A stretch of DNA of 61,191 nt, filler included, from Piptocephalis cylindrospora (GCA_003614145.1; 8 parts of 8 records of this genome joined end to end with filler, not necessarily neighbours in it); one strand, 5' to 3'. Shown: positions 11,627 through 26,359, numbered from the whole stretch's first letter. Program-made: numbers and translations. The notes: generated by a model from the sequence alone, not told the origin.

Positions 11627-13287
11627 TTTTGAGCGGACATTTTGATCTCTTCTTTGATCTATTTTAGCAGCATTTTGGCTTGTTGATCCTAGATGAATGA
11701 TGTATCCGGAATACATCAATGATATACACCCTATCCTTATAAAGCTGTTGAAGTACATACTGAATCCCCCCGCCCTCTTATGACCGCATGAGCCTCCTAT
11801 CCCTGTCTCATTGATCGTCCGGGTCCGGGTCCTTTCCTGTCCTCCCATGGAGAAGAGAGAAGGATTTGTTAGCGTGCTCATACATCAGCCTTGTACATTC
11901 TCCGAGAAGATGGAACCGGATATGTAATATAAGGATGTGGGGCTATGCTAGTCTTGTCGAACGATCAGCATTACTCTTCATGATAGCTCCGTGTCTGTGT
12001 CCTATCACACAGCATAACAGGATGTTGAAATAAACACATATCCTCTTTCCTGAGGGATCTGCCACCATGATATTTCTATTCCATATATCCTTACACTCCC
12101 AAGTCACTTGTATTGTTTCTCATCTCATCGATAAAAAAAAGTCATATTTTCATACACTCAATAATATGGCTATACAGATACATAAAGTCGACCCTTCCAA
12201 GATCCCTCTCTGTCCCAATCACCCAGCTTCATATCTCCTCTCCCCCCACTGTGCTGGCCCCAACACTACACTTTGCTCCCTCGCTTCCTCCAGTCACCGA
12301 GCGAGTTGGCATTCTCTCCGCTCTCTACACTGCCTCTCCTGCCTCGCCTCGCCTCACTCAGTGTGGAATAGACATCAAACAAAAGCTTCTCTTTCTTCAT
12401 CCTTGCTCCTGCACCTCTTCGTATCTCCTCTTCTTCCCATCTCCTCCCCCTCCCCCTCCCCCCTCTTCCTTCCCTCCCTCACTCCTCCCTCTTCCTTGCT
12501 GGACTTGAAACGAAAAGCCACTTGGTTCTCCTCTCAAAAATAATCCCCTTTTTCTCTCCTGATCAGCCAAAACACCTCCTCTTCACCTTTCTCTGTGTCT
12601 ACTGTCCCATCCTCTCGCCCTCGGCCCTTCCACCCTCTCCCGTTCGACCGTTTCCACTTTGGCTTGTTGACGATTAAAGGTATGTCTGACCTGGAGAATC
12701 CCTCCTTTGGTCTGATGTCCCCTATCCCTCTCCCCCCCTTGCTCAAACCTTGATTGCACCCTGGTGTGTCTATCCATCTATCTGTGTGTGTGGCGCAGGA
12801 AGATAGACCCATGGGTTGAACGCTTCAGCTGTCTGCCGGGGGAGGAGGGGATGGAGAGGGGAAGATGGATAGGCTTTTGAACAAAAGTGCATGTCCTGAT
12901 CCCATGTCTCCCTTCTCTCCTCCTTTCTATTCATTCTACCCACTCCACCACTTGCCCATCTACCTATTTTCCTTAACTCAGCAACACCGCCCTCTTTATT
13001 AGGCCATTCTTTCCCCACCAGTCCCTTGCATAGGTACTCCTGATATCTCCGTCATTGGTTCCAGGACGAGCCAGGGCGATTCTAGGCGATTTTGTCCGTG
13101 GTCTCCTACCCCATCTCTCCTTGCACAGACTGGTCTTTTTCTCCCTTCGCCTTACTTGGTAAGCGCACTAATTCATCTCAATGTAAAGCGAATAAGCCCT
13201 TCTTTGCTCATTTACCTCTTCCTCCCAAACTCATCAAGCCAAGGCACGGAAAATTCGTGGGTGAATCCACCACTCGCGCTTGTGTGA

Positions 13288-15278
<1,991 letters not shown>

Positions 15279-15378
15279 NNNNNNNNNNNNNNNNNNNNNN
15301 NNNNNNNNNNNNNNNNNNNNNNTTAATTAATTAANNNNNNNNNNNNNNNNNNNNNNNNNNNNNNNNNNNNNNNNNNNN
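15279..15378. other. Artificial contig-joining spacer
   Basis: N/TTAATTAATTAA/N. Confidence 0.99.
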
Positions 15379-16508
15379 GTGAGGGGGTGGGTGAAGAGGA
15401 AGTGTGTCGGGCTTTTTTTTGTTGGAAGATACGCTGATTGCTCTTGACTGTTTCTTACTTTCCCTGTGATGACGATTAAGTTAAAGGCTGTAGAAATAGT
15501 CGAGTAAAATGGTGCTTATCTTTGAGACTCAAGGATGATAAAAAGATATGGATGATCCAGCTTGCTTTGGTGAGCAAAATCATGGGGTAGCCGGGTCGCT
15601 TACATATGCGCCCATGTCTTTAAGGATGATGCGAATATATTCATCTGGTCGTGACGTTACTCTTTAAGTTAGACATACCAGGACTTTCGCATCCCCTCTC
15701 CTACTTGGCTGCCTTCCTGGGCAATCGTCCTTCTAGGGCCTGGGACAAGGCCCTGACAGACTTTATCATTCTTCACCCTTCTAGAATGGCTCGGTTGGAG
15801 TGGGGTTTATCAACGTTGAGCCCACCAGGGTTCTTAGGCCCACCTCTTAATTCACTAAATGGCATATAAAGGATGTAACATGGCCAATCCTTGTTATATG
15901 GAAACTTTGCCTGGGTGGCTGTCCAAAAGGGGTTTAGGCATTTGCAATTATGCCCTCTGGATTAACTGGAGATCAATACAATATCCCATTATCAAAGTGT
16001 AACCCGGCAGATGGAAGAATGTGGGTCTATGTAGACATTGAGGGATGATCGGGAGGGCAAAAATGGATTCGTTGGCCCAACCAGTGCTTTTGGATTCTAT
16101 TTAATCAGGTCTGGGAAGAGTATATGGAGGATGATGGGGGTGGCTGTAAGGATGCTCCAGCATAGTCCGACTATGCTCATCGGAGTGGTGTTGAACTATA
16201 AAGAGGGCTGGTCTATCTTGGCTATCCTCCTCTCCCCCCTTTAGTTCTCCCTCCCTCTTTTTCCCCCTCTTTTTCCCCCTCTTTTCTTGTATAAAAAATT
16301 TATTGTCTTATGGGAAAACACACACCCAAGGGACATTTCAAAAGTGTGGAATAGGCTTTCTCCCCCTCTTTAACTAATTAACTACCTACTCTAAACCATT
16401 ATGTCCATATATTTGACTACGATCTCACTCTTGGCCATTATGACTCAGCGCTCTATCGTACTTTACCTCCTACACCCAGCCTCTTGACCACGCTTTCTTC
16501 GCTTTATC

Positions 16509-17494
16509 ATGCGTTTATCCGCTCCCATTCTTTTTTCTTTTGTACTCGGTCTCGTTTTAATGGCCGGACCTGCCAGCAGCACTTCTCGTCTTCGCCAATA
16601 TGTTAGTGTTGAAAATGTCTATGACATGGGGACGACCTTCAGTTTTTGAAGGCCCTCCATCCCATTTTTCAGCTGCCCGGGTCATTGGATAGTAAATCGC
16701 CCATTGGGGAATTGATCAAGACTAACCTCCCAGTCTTTATTGTGACGATTGAGTTCTTCTTGAACAGGATAGTGAGGTGTGTTCGCAAAGAGGATGATCA
16801 TCATATATGGCAATCGTATTTTAGGGCAATAAAAACGGACGTAAAGAATGTTCGCTTCGACTATTCCGCCTCCAAGGAATCTGTCGGGAACCGCTATGCT
16901 GCCTTTAGTATCTATGTGCTGAAGATGGCAAGGACTAGCTCAGCTAGGGAAGACGATGCCAAAAGGACGCCAGGGCGGTTTATGGAGAATTCATCCATCC
17001 GGAAGGTACTGCGGGCGCTATCCCCTACAAAAGGGTTGGTTGACAGTGACAAATTCTCTATTTTAAACAACTCCTTGGGATTATTTAGGGTCCAAGAGCT
17101 CTATTTTGCAATAATGGCTACCATCCACGATATAATTCACTCAAATAATCCTAAGACTCCAGGAGATGGGCTCAAGACGATTCAACGGAAATTTCGTAAA
17201 ATGGTTAGTATCATGAAGAGCAGAATCAAGAAGATTCCTAACGGCCCGGTTATTCTCGGTCACGATGTCGAAAAAGCACTTGATATGGTATCAGTACTTA
17301 AGGAGTATCTTGATCATGTTGGCGAAATGATTTGTTGTTGGGCGCTTAGGATTGATAATGGTAGGTGTTGGGTGTCTAGCACTCCTGCTTCAATTTATCG
17401 TAGAGCGTTTTTTCAAAGTGGCCCGTGCAACCATATCCCCCATTCTCTTATGATGTATAGCAAAATATCTCTGCTCTCCTGGTATTTTTTCTGA
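16509..17494 (+). pseudogene. Intronless secreted orphan gene with a 1-nt frameshift near 16626-16632
   Basis: ATG 16509 encodes MRLSAPILFSFVLGLVLMAGPASS (signal peptide) but stops after 46 codons; one extra G in ATGGGGACGAC joins it to the 282-aa ORF (MGDDLQFLKALHP...). Confidence 0.6.
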
Positions 17495-17872
17495 AGTGCT
17501 CTGTGGTTCGTTTTCAACACACCGAGCGACTTTCCGCCCTTCCCTTGGCTTGCATCTTTTCATTTGTATGCGGTGCTATTGCTTTATTGGTTTGTCATGA
17601 CTGGATGATCCCTTTGAGTTTGACATATTGATTAGATGCCTTTTTCTAGACGCACCATACGAATGTGGACTATGAGCGTGCTAGATATGCTCTTGCTACC
17701 ACAAACATTCACTGTTGTTCTCATTACAGCACCACGGGGTTCTCATCCTGGCCGCAAGGTGACGATTTAGGAAAAATGAATGCATTAAGCAGATGGCTCT
17801 TCACCATCGATTGTATTCTCAACCTAAGCACGTAGTAGGACATAGGCACAGATCAAAGGGCAATGATCCAGG

Positions 17873-18430
17873 TCAGGAGGGGGAGAAGGCGCTCACTCGA
17901 CTCATCCTTATCTCAAAGTCGGGGGTATGTATACCGAGCCCACTATGCTCGGCCATGAGAGTATCAGCAAGGAGTAACCTAGCCTTCTTTAATCTTGCCA
18001 GTTCCTTTCTAGAATCATTTGGATGACCCTGAACAGCTTTATAGAGCCTGGAAAAGTCACGAGATACGGGTGTCCATTGGACCTTGAGCATCCGCAGGAT
18101 CGGGGCGTTGTACAGCTGAATATTCCGGAGGGCATGCACATCTTGCTTTATTATAGCATACACGGGCAACTCTCTGTACTTCTTATTAGGGGAAGGATGG
18201 TTAGAAATGGGCTCTAGGGAATCAAGGATATTGAATGCATGGTCGATTACGGCGACAACGATGTCTTCCGTCCTCTGAAATGTTGTTAGGGGATGACGTC
18301 TTGATGGTGGGGATGGTATCCTTTCTTGATGTACCTCCACACTAGATACCTTTTTAGGCAGGGCTAGGAAGGAAGTGATGAAAAAGGAAAGGAAGAGAGG
18401 GAAATATATCCAAGGGGCATGGAAATACAT
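17873..18430 (-). CDS. Intronless small secreted orphan protein, 185 aa
   Basis: Signal-like MYFHAPWIYFPLFLSFFITSFLA; CTTCAACATG start context; no recognisable domain. Confidence 0.65.
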   Translation of the reverse strand: MYFHAPWIYFPLFLSFFITSFLALPKKVSSVEVHQERIPSPPSRRHPLTTFQRTEDIVVAVIDHAFNILDSLEPISNHPSPNKKYRELPVYAIIKQDVHALRNIQLYNAPILRMLKVQWTPVSRDFSRLYKAVQGHPNDSRKELARLKKARLLLADTLMAEHSGLGIHTPDFEIRMSRVSAFSPS

Positions 18431-19521
18431 GTTGAAGTTGAATGGTTTTGTAGTGGAAGTTTCGTCGTTACTTGAGAGGAAATGTGAAGGCAGGTATCAC
18501 AGATGTCCCTTGGAGTTATCGTGTCAAGTGGATGAAGGTTTGGATCAGGGAGAGTAAGGTGAAAAGAGTAAGTCTGGATGGGGTAAACGATGGATCAGAG
18601 GGATGAATCCTTTTAAAATAAGCTTTGAATTCTCCATTGATCCTAGAGATCAATATCCACACACTTTACCTTGGATGGGATACAGCTTGGCGCCCCTCAC
18701 CCGAAGCCCATCAAAGAACCCCACGATGGTCGTTTCTGGAGTATCACTGGACAGGAGATAGATGGGACCATTACTCGGTGTCAATGTAAGGCATTCTGGT
18801 AGGTGGTGGATCCATTGTTCAGGAAGACCCGGGCAAAGTTGATCTCTGTTTTGGACTTCAATCGTTGTTGTCTCCAGAAGACTCCGACGATAGGTATTTT
18901 CGTTTTATTTGGCTGTGGTGAGTGAGAAGGGATGCGAAGAACCCTTTCGTGCAAACTGGATCCACAATAGATAATGCCATAGCTCCTTGAGGAACGATGC
19001 AGGGTACGAGGTGGATGAATGGGCAGGTGGCTAACATGAATTCCATCCCTTGAGAATGATCCAAGCCTCCTTTCTACATCCCCTAGGCATGGCCGGTCAG
19101 TGGGAAGAAGCTCGGGCCTATCCTGCGGTATGAGCAGGTTGCCTAGACCACTGCTTATTTATCAATGGCTCCTAGAGCATAGGGTGACCTCTTCTCCCCG
19201 CCTGTCCAGCCTCTATCCGTAACTAACTAGCATGAGCTGTCTTTTCAATCTATACCGTAGATCATCCTCCTCATCTCCTAGATGTGAATGACGGATACTT
19301 CTCAATGGCTCCGCTCACGCCTACGTCACTCTCTCACATTCTCCCCCCGAAGAATGACCGATAGGCGCCCGGATGTATGCGTGTGTGTATGTGTGTGCGA
19401 GCATTTAGTCAGCTTGAACGCGAGACTTTTGACGTGGGGAATCTTCCATTTCTCTCTCCATAAAACACCAACACTACCACCACTACTACCACCACTATCA
19501 ACCAAGCCCCCCTGTAAAGTG

Positions 19522-21752
19522 ATGTATCGCATCCTCTTCCGCCGTCTTCAACATCCCCGCCCTTCCTTCCTCACACCCTCCAACTTTGTCTCTGTTTTTC
19601 GCACTCTTCCTCTCCGTGCCTCTCCTTTTACCCACATCCCCTATCCAGCAATCCCCTGTTCCCCCAGCCTTCTGACCTCCGCCATGGCCACGTCCTCCAT
19701 GTCCGCTTCGCTTCTTCATCTCGGCAACGTCAATGACCTTCGGGAAGGAGAGATGAAAGAGATAGAGGTGGAGGGGACTGGGGGGAAGATCCTCCTGTAT
19801 CGCCACAAGGGCACTTACCGTGCCACCTCCAACAAGTGCACTCATTATGGGGCTCCCCTGAAGAACGGGGTCCTTACCTCAGATGGCCATATCGTGTGTC
19901 CTTGGCATGGAGCCTGCTTCTCCGCCGAGACTGGAGATATTGAGGATGGCCCCGCTCTGGATAGTCTTATCCGGTACGCCGTTCATCTGGATGGGGATCG
20001 TATTATGGTTGAGGTCTCCCCTGAGGGTAAGGTGCTATGTGAGGTCAATGGGTGGCGGAGAGAAGAGCATATGAGCTGATCAAGCTCATCTTTTCCTCTA
20101 CCTCCTTCCTTGACATCACCAGAGGTCAAGGCTAACCGTAGAATCCCCATGTGCAAGATGGGTCAGGGACCCGTGGAAAAGGGGAAAGCTGTGGTCATCG
20201 TCGGCGGTGGGTCTGGAGGTATGGTGACGGCGGATGCTCTTCGGGAAGTTGGGTACAACGGTAGCATTAGGATCCTTAGTGAGGAGCCTCATCTCCCCAT
20301 TGATCGGATCAAGCTGAGTAAGATGCTCCAGGTGGATGTTAACAAACTTATCCTTCGATCCTCCGACTATCTCAAGGACCGATTCATTGACATTTCTACC
20401 TCTACGGTAAGCTCATCTTGGGAATCCTATGCTAGGATAGGATAGGTTCCCGATAACCTTCCATTAAATCCCCTTCCCCCCTCCCCTCCCCTATCCTCCC
20501 ATTAGGAGGTGACCAAGGTCGATAGGGAGGCCAAGGTGGTTCACACCCGATCTGGGGAGAAAGTGCCCTATGATACATTGGTTCTCGCCACGGGTGGCAA
20601 GGTGAGTTGGAGAAGAAGTGCGAGAGTAATGCTATCCGTCCCCTTCCCTCCTCTCATAAAAAATCTCTGATAGCCAAGGGTTCTCCCTATTGAAGGGGTC
20701 AAGCTGGGGAATGTTTTTACTCTTCGTCACGCCAAGGACGGGAATGCCATCTACAAGGCGATTACGTCGGTGGAGGGAGGCGCCAAGGTGGTAGTGGTGG
20801 GGTCCTCCTTCATCGGAATGGAGGTGGCAGCCACGGCCTCAGCCATTGAAGGGACCAAGGTGACCGTGGTGGGCATGGAAACCGTTCCTTTTGCCCGAAT
20901 CCTCGGGAGCAAGGTGGGAGGAGCTTTCCAGAAGCTGCACGAAAGCAAGGGCATTCAGTTTCAGATGGAGGCCGCTCTCTCCCATCTCGAGGCCCGGACC
21001 GAAGCGAGTGATCAGGTGGGCTCCGTGGTCCTGAAGAGTGGGCAAAAGTTTGACGCCGACGTCGTCGTTCTCGGAGTAGGGGTTGCCCCGGCCACGGATT
21101 ACCTTCAGGGATCGGGCCTGGACCTGGAGAAGGATGGGTCCCTTAGGGTGGATGAGCACTTTAAGGTCCAGGGTACTGAGGATATTTACGCCGTTGGTAA
21201 GGCCTTTATGGTGCATTGATTCCTCTCTTACTTTACCCTGTCTTATCGTGTGCCTGTTTCCCTCTTCTTTAGGTGACATTGCCACTTTTCCCGTCCCATG
21301 CAAGGGAGACATGACAAGGATTGAGCATTGGGCTGTGGCTCAGAACCATGGAAGGGCCGCTGCTAATGCCATTGCTGGTCAGCCCATGGCCTACGAGAAG
21401 ATTCCCTTTTTCTGGACAGTATGTATTTATGGATCAGTGACGATTGCTATGAGATTTTCTTGTATTAATTCACTACTCTTCTCATCTCCTCATCCCATAG
21501 GCCCAGCATGGGATCAACCTTCGGTATGCCGGAAGCGGAATTGGGTATGATAACGTCATCGTCCAAGGGGATGTGGAGGGCCTCAAGTTTGCGGCATTTT
21601 ACACTAAGGGCGAGGAGGTCCTTGCAGTGGCTACCATAGGCAAGGATCCGGTGGCGACCAAGGTGGCGGAACTTCTCCGTCTTGGCCAGATGCCCACGGC
21701 CTCTGAGCTTAAGGCTGGGAAGGATGTGCTTGAAGTATCTGATCAAAATTGA
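19522..21752 (+). CDS. AIF-like Rieske [2Fe-2S] plus FAD/NAD oxidoreductase (AIFM3-type), 6 exons
   Basis: KCTHYGAPL...VCPWHGACF Rieske motif; VIVGGGSGG; LVLATGG; VVGSSFIGME; IYAVGDIA; RIEHWAVAQNHGR; IPFFWT; Arg-rich presequence. Confidence 0.92.
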
Positions 21753-22087
21753 TTTGGGGTTAGTCTGAGAAGGAGAGAGGGTAGTTACTGTGTGTACTTT
21801 GAACATACTATGTCCAATATACACACATTGACATGTGCCCTGTATCTTTTTCGCTATTGAGAGGGTCCAGGATCTTTTGGAGTGGCGGGGTTCATAGTGG
21901 TGTCAACTATTTCATCCCTACATTATAAGCTGAGGCTACTGAAATACCTTGAGAGAGACCACAGTATGGACACACAGCCAACACAGTCATATTTAAATAG
22001 TTGTCTCATCCACTTGTCCAATGCCACACTCGTTGATTCTTGCACAAAACACAACCCTATTCTCTATCCTTTTCCTTCCTACACAAC

Positions 22088-22411
22088 ATGCTGTCCAAGA
22101 TCTTTAGCTCTCTTGCTAACCGGTACATTACTGAGAAGGTGAGTTTTCTTTTCTGATTGCTTAGTGCCTTATTATCCGTTTCTTGAGATATACTGATCCT
22201 GTTATAGCTCCTTGAAAGTGAGGCGTTTCACCGGATGGCCCAACGGACCCACCATCACATCCAACGCTTTTCCGAGGAAGGCTCTAGCCGAATCCGTGAT
22301 TTGCAAGAGGGTGAGAGCGCTCAGGAAGGCCAAGAAAAGTTGGATCGATTGCTTCGAGCCGTTCGGGAAACATATGAGGAGGAATATGGAGGTGGCACTA
22401 AGAAGCGATAG
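22088..22411 (+). CDS. 84-aa two-exon microprotein, Mrx7/NCBP2AS2-like
   Basis: Exons 22088-22138 and 22208-22411 (GTGAGT..CTGAT..TTATAG): MLSKIFSSLANRYITEKLLESEAFHRMAQRTHHHIQ...AVRETYEEEYGGGTKKR; gene model clean, family call from memory. Confidence 0.7.
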
Positions 22412-22955
22412 GCCTGTCCTGGTGATGGAGAAATGTATACTGCTTATAGAATGGAGGAGAAGGGGGTGGATGGCTTCCACCTGTTTTCATCAAACGATAG
22501 ATGAACATGATGATTCATAAAGACGTCTTTTAAAACGTGTATATCATGACATCCATTTCCCAAAGGAGAGAGAGAGCAAGGGAGACAACACAAGGGACCT
22601 TTCTCTCAAACACACATCCAGTGTTTATAGCAGAAGCAGCAACACAACACTGATCTAAAAACAACATACCTAGAGAAATTAACATACTCAGGGAGGACCA
22701 GTGGGGCAGATAGACAGCTCGGTGAGGGGCCGCCCATAAGGAATTCAAGCCCTCATCCTCATCTAGCATGATACACGACTACACGACAGCGACGAGGAGG
22801 ACGATAAAGGCAAGGAGGAGAGCTAGGATAAGGAGGATGTAGCACATGCGTTTCCTAGCCTTGCGTTGGTACCGACTAGCTATACCCACTTCATCAGCGC
22901 CCTTTCGAACATGGACGGCTGTGGAGGTGATGTTACTTTCTATGTTATCTATGTG

Positions 22956-23055
22956 NNNNNNNNNNNNNNNNNNNNNNNNNNNNNNNNNNNNNNNNNNNNT
23001 TAATTAATTAANNNNNNNNNNNNNNNNNNNNNNNNNNNNNNNNNNNNNNNNNNNN
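22956..23055. other. Artificial contig-joining spacer
   Basis: N/TTAATTAATTAA/N. Confidence 0.99.
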
Positions 23056-23429
23056 CACTCTTCATAGACAACGTATGAGACATGGAGGAGAGGACGAGGG
23101 CTCAGGTAGGTTACTGGTCTACAGGAATTAACAGACAAGCGCAACTCCCAGATACTGAGCCTGTCTCTACCTACTTTTGCTCTATAATAGCTGCCACTTT
23201 ACCAAATGAAAAATAGTATATTCTCAAGCACGTTCAAAGGAAAAGAAGCATTTTGAATAGTGAGCTTAGAAGGATATAATACCTCAGGAGGGCAAAGTTA
23301 GAGGATAGGCGCTTGGTGAGGCGGGTATTCCACCATCCTAGGAAAAGGAGGAGCGGAAACAGAGTTATTAAGCGTCAGAGCTGCGAAAAGAGAGAGCAAG
23401 GTGAAAGATAATTGGAGAATATGGAGGAT
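23056..23429 (-). pseudogene. Possible decayed secreted-protein gene
   Basis: One frame reads (I)LHILQLSFTLLSLFAALTLNNSVSA-PPFPR... to the contig edge, with no initiator ATG and two internal TAA stops. Confidence 0.3.
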
Positions 23430-24311
23430 GGATCGCGCCGAGTGAGGGAGAGTATATCAAGGGAAAGGAAGAGGGAATAAGGAACACTTACTTCAGGTTG
23501 GATTGAAGACATCCTAGAATGGCCATAGGAAAAATGTCATTATGATATAGATATTTGGGTCCTTATATCCCCTTGACTTCACTAGCCTTACCGTGCTATC
23601 CATTAGCACAAGAACTAGGATGGTGGGCGTTAATAAGCATTATTGTCTGGCGTGCGTCCTGTTAAATGTTTGGTAGGTAGACTCCCAGCTCGTTATCACC
23701 AATAGGTGAGTTTCCCCTCGAGAATATCCCAGGAATTTGCGATGGAGGCAGCGATCAGAGGATGAACCCTCCATTAAATCTTTCGTCACGTTTTTCCCTA
23801 TAATCCCTGTTCTATCTTTGGAACGATATGCCTTTAATTCAAATATTTCTGTGCCTCTATTCATTCGTTTTTTTCCTTAGCATTTACAATACCTTGGATG
23901 GAAGCATGGTAGAGAACCTTCCGCTCACTGAACAGTATGCCACACAAAACTTCTCAGCCAATAAAAGTTGATATACTGGACAGCGTGTCAAGAATCCTAA
24001 TAATATCGGAGATTTAAACCCTGCCCCCTCCCTTCAGGATGTACTGTAGGATCGTAATTATAAAGGACCTGGATGAACTGACCAGCCTTAGGAAGCCCTG
24101 TTTCCTTTTATCCTTCCCAACATCTCCCAGTTGCGCCCTTCCTCCTCACATTCGCTTCCGCTTACATTTCTCTCGCCGCGCATCATTTCCTTTTTGACGA
24201 ACATCGACTTCATCCCCATCTTTCAAAAGGCCATACTGTGGCCGCAACGACACTTCTCCAATGTGGATCACTCCTCTCCCGGCTCTCGCCGGCCCCAAAG
24301 CCACTGGCCAC

Positions 24312-25706
24312 ATGCTTCTCTCCATCTTCCTTCTCTTCTCTTTTCTCGCACCATCCATCCATGGGAACAAAGCCATCGAGAGCTTCGTCCGGGAAGAATA
24401 TCAGCTCTTTTCATTAAAAAATGTAAAATGCTCTGTCTATCTCCCACCCCGCCTCAAGAAGAATGCAGTAAGGATGGCTCCTATACTCCCGCAGCCCGTT
24501 GCCTTTAAAAAATACGGCCGGGATCAGATGAAGGCATGGGCCAAATGCTCACGCTACGTCCTGATCAAACTATTTCCCCTCCGTGGTCTCAAAAGACTCT
24601 TTCCTTTTGCTCGATACAACAAACATCATTTACTTCACCGGCTCTCATGGAATCGTAGATCAAAAAAAAAGGGATTTCCCTATGCTTTCGAAGAAGGCCC
24701 ACCCCTTGGCTCTGGTGTCTTTGGCAAGGTATTGTCCGGTAAATGGTACCCATCTCCAGATAAAGAAGCTTTCTCGGATAACGTTGCCATTAAGAAATTA
24801 CCCAAAAAAGGGACTAAGGAAATGCATCCAAAGAGAATAGCCCTTATGTTCTATCGTGAGGTCCTAATCACGATTGCTGCCCATTCTCTTGCACCAAGAG
24901 GGGTAATTCGACCTGTTGATATCTACCTCGATGACCCAGATCATTGGATCATTGTCATGGAGAAAGCTGATGGGGACGTCTCGCACCTTCTCGAGGACCC
25001 AGATACTCTCAACAAGTTCCATCAAGCTGGTGCGGTTGCCGGTAGACCCATTCCCGAGATTATCATCAGAGAAATATATGCCCAGCCCATCATGGCCATC
25101 TACCTTATGAACAAGGCCCATATCACCCACCGGGATATCAAAAACGAGAATCTGCTCTACTCCTGCTCCGGCGGCCCCTGCCGTGTCATGATTGCCGATT
25201 TTGGCTTTTCCACTCTTACAGATGCCGAATTAATGACAGAGCCTTTTTGTGGAACCCCATATGTGCTTCCTTTATGCATGCTTAATGGCAGCTATGGAAA
25301 TCGAAATCATCGAAGAACGATGGATGTGTATGGCATCATTTCGTCCATTCATGTAGCCGCTTCCTACGAAGGAAAACTAAAGGCCTCAACCCCAGAGAAG
25401 CTAACGGATTCAACGACTTTAGTCTCTAAGAAAGAGATGAGCTCAAAGGCTTCAGTCTTGGAGGAGAAGGAAAAGATGTCATTTCTTTCTACTGTTGTTC
25501 AAAAGGGTAAGGGTGTTCTACGGTATTGGAAGGGGGGTGCCTTTGTCAAGCGCCCCATCTCTGATGAACTTAAGGCCATCTTTAAGGCGGTTCTTATTCA
25601 AGAAAATTGGGAACCCAACCCAAAGACCATTGGACAGCTTATCCCTCTTCTCCATTCCTGGGCACATGCTCCATTGTTGGGAGGTCCGCTCCTGACATCC
25701 CTTTAG
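24312..25706 (+). CDS. Intronless signal-peptide Ser/Thr protein kinase, 464 aa
   Basis: MLLSIFLLFSFLAPSIHG signal; LGSGVFGKV, VAIKK, YREV, HRDIKNENLL, IADFGFS, CGTPY, TMDVYG. Confidence 0.9.
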   Translation: MLLSIFLLFSFLAPSIHGNKAIESFVREEYQLFSLKNVKCSVYLPPRLKKNAVRMAPILPQPVAFKKYGRDQMKAWAKCSRYVLIKLFPLRGLKRLFPFARYNKHHLLHRLSWNRRSKKKGFPYAFEEGPPLGSGVFGKVLSGKWYPSPDKEAFSDNVAIKKLPKKGTKEMHPKRIALMFYREVLITIAAHSLAPRGVIRPVDIYLDDPDHWIIVMEKADGDVSHLLEDPDTLNKFHQAGAVAGRPIPEIIIREIYAQPIMAIYLMNKAHITHRDIKNENLLYSCSGGPCRVMIADFGFSTLTDAELMTEPFCGTPYVLPLCMLNGSYGNRNHRRTMDVYGIISSIHVAASYEGKLKASTPEKLTDSTTLVSKKEMSSKASVLEEKEKMSFLSTVVQKGKGVLRYWKGGAFVKRPISDELKAIFKAVLIQENWEPNPKTIGQLIPLLHSWAHAPLLGGPLLTSL

Positions 25707-26359
25707 TGCCTTAGCCATCTTGTCTAACACACGAGAAGAATGCCACTCGCTTTGGTATGTCGTATTGACTTTTGAATAAAGTTATACGTTTCCTTTTTTT
25801 TTGTTTCTCGAATGACTGCCTCTTCGATCTTTCTAAATATATTTTATGGATCTACATCTGGCCCAATTATACCTGTCTATCCCGCTGGGAGAAAATCAAA
25901 CGGTCTTACCACCTAGATGACAGGATTGTTGCGATCCCTGTTCTCACTACATATAACCGAGAGTCTCTCTTCTCCCCGGCCCTTTATTACCCTATCTACC
26001 AGCTGGTATGAAACAGGCGGAAAAAAGGAAGAGGGTTGATGTGCTTTGGTATTTGGGAAAAACACATTGTAAAATCCATAAGGATATGACGAGTTACACA
26101 CTTTGAGGAGGGACCATGAATAATAAAGAGAAAGCAAGCTAGTGCCTTAGCTTCGCGTTTAAATGCATAGAAAATATACGTAATGCCTAATTACGAACAA
26201 CTCTATACATGGCCAGTCATTGTGGTCGGGACTTGAACTTACTTCCCATAAAACTGGCCAATGTTGAGCACAAATCAGACTTGACATCTTTGGCCCGTCT
26301 TCAAGTAACCCTACGCCCTGAATCCCGATGATCACACATTCTGTTGTGAAAAAAAAGTA

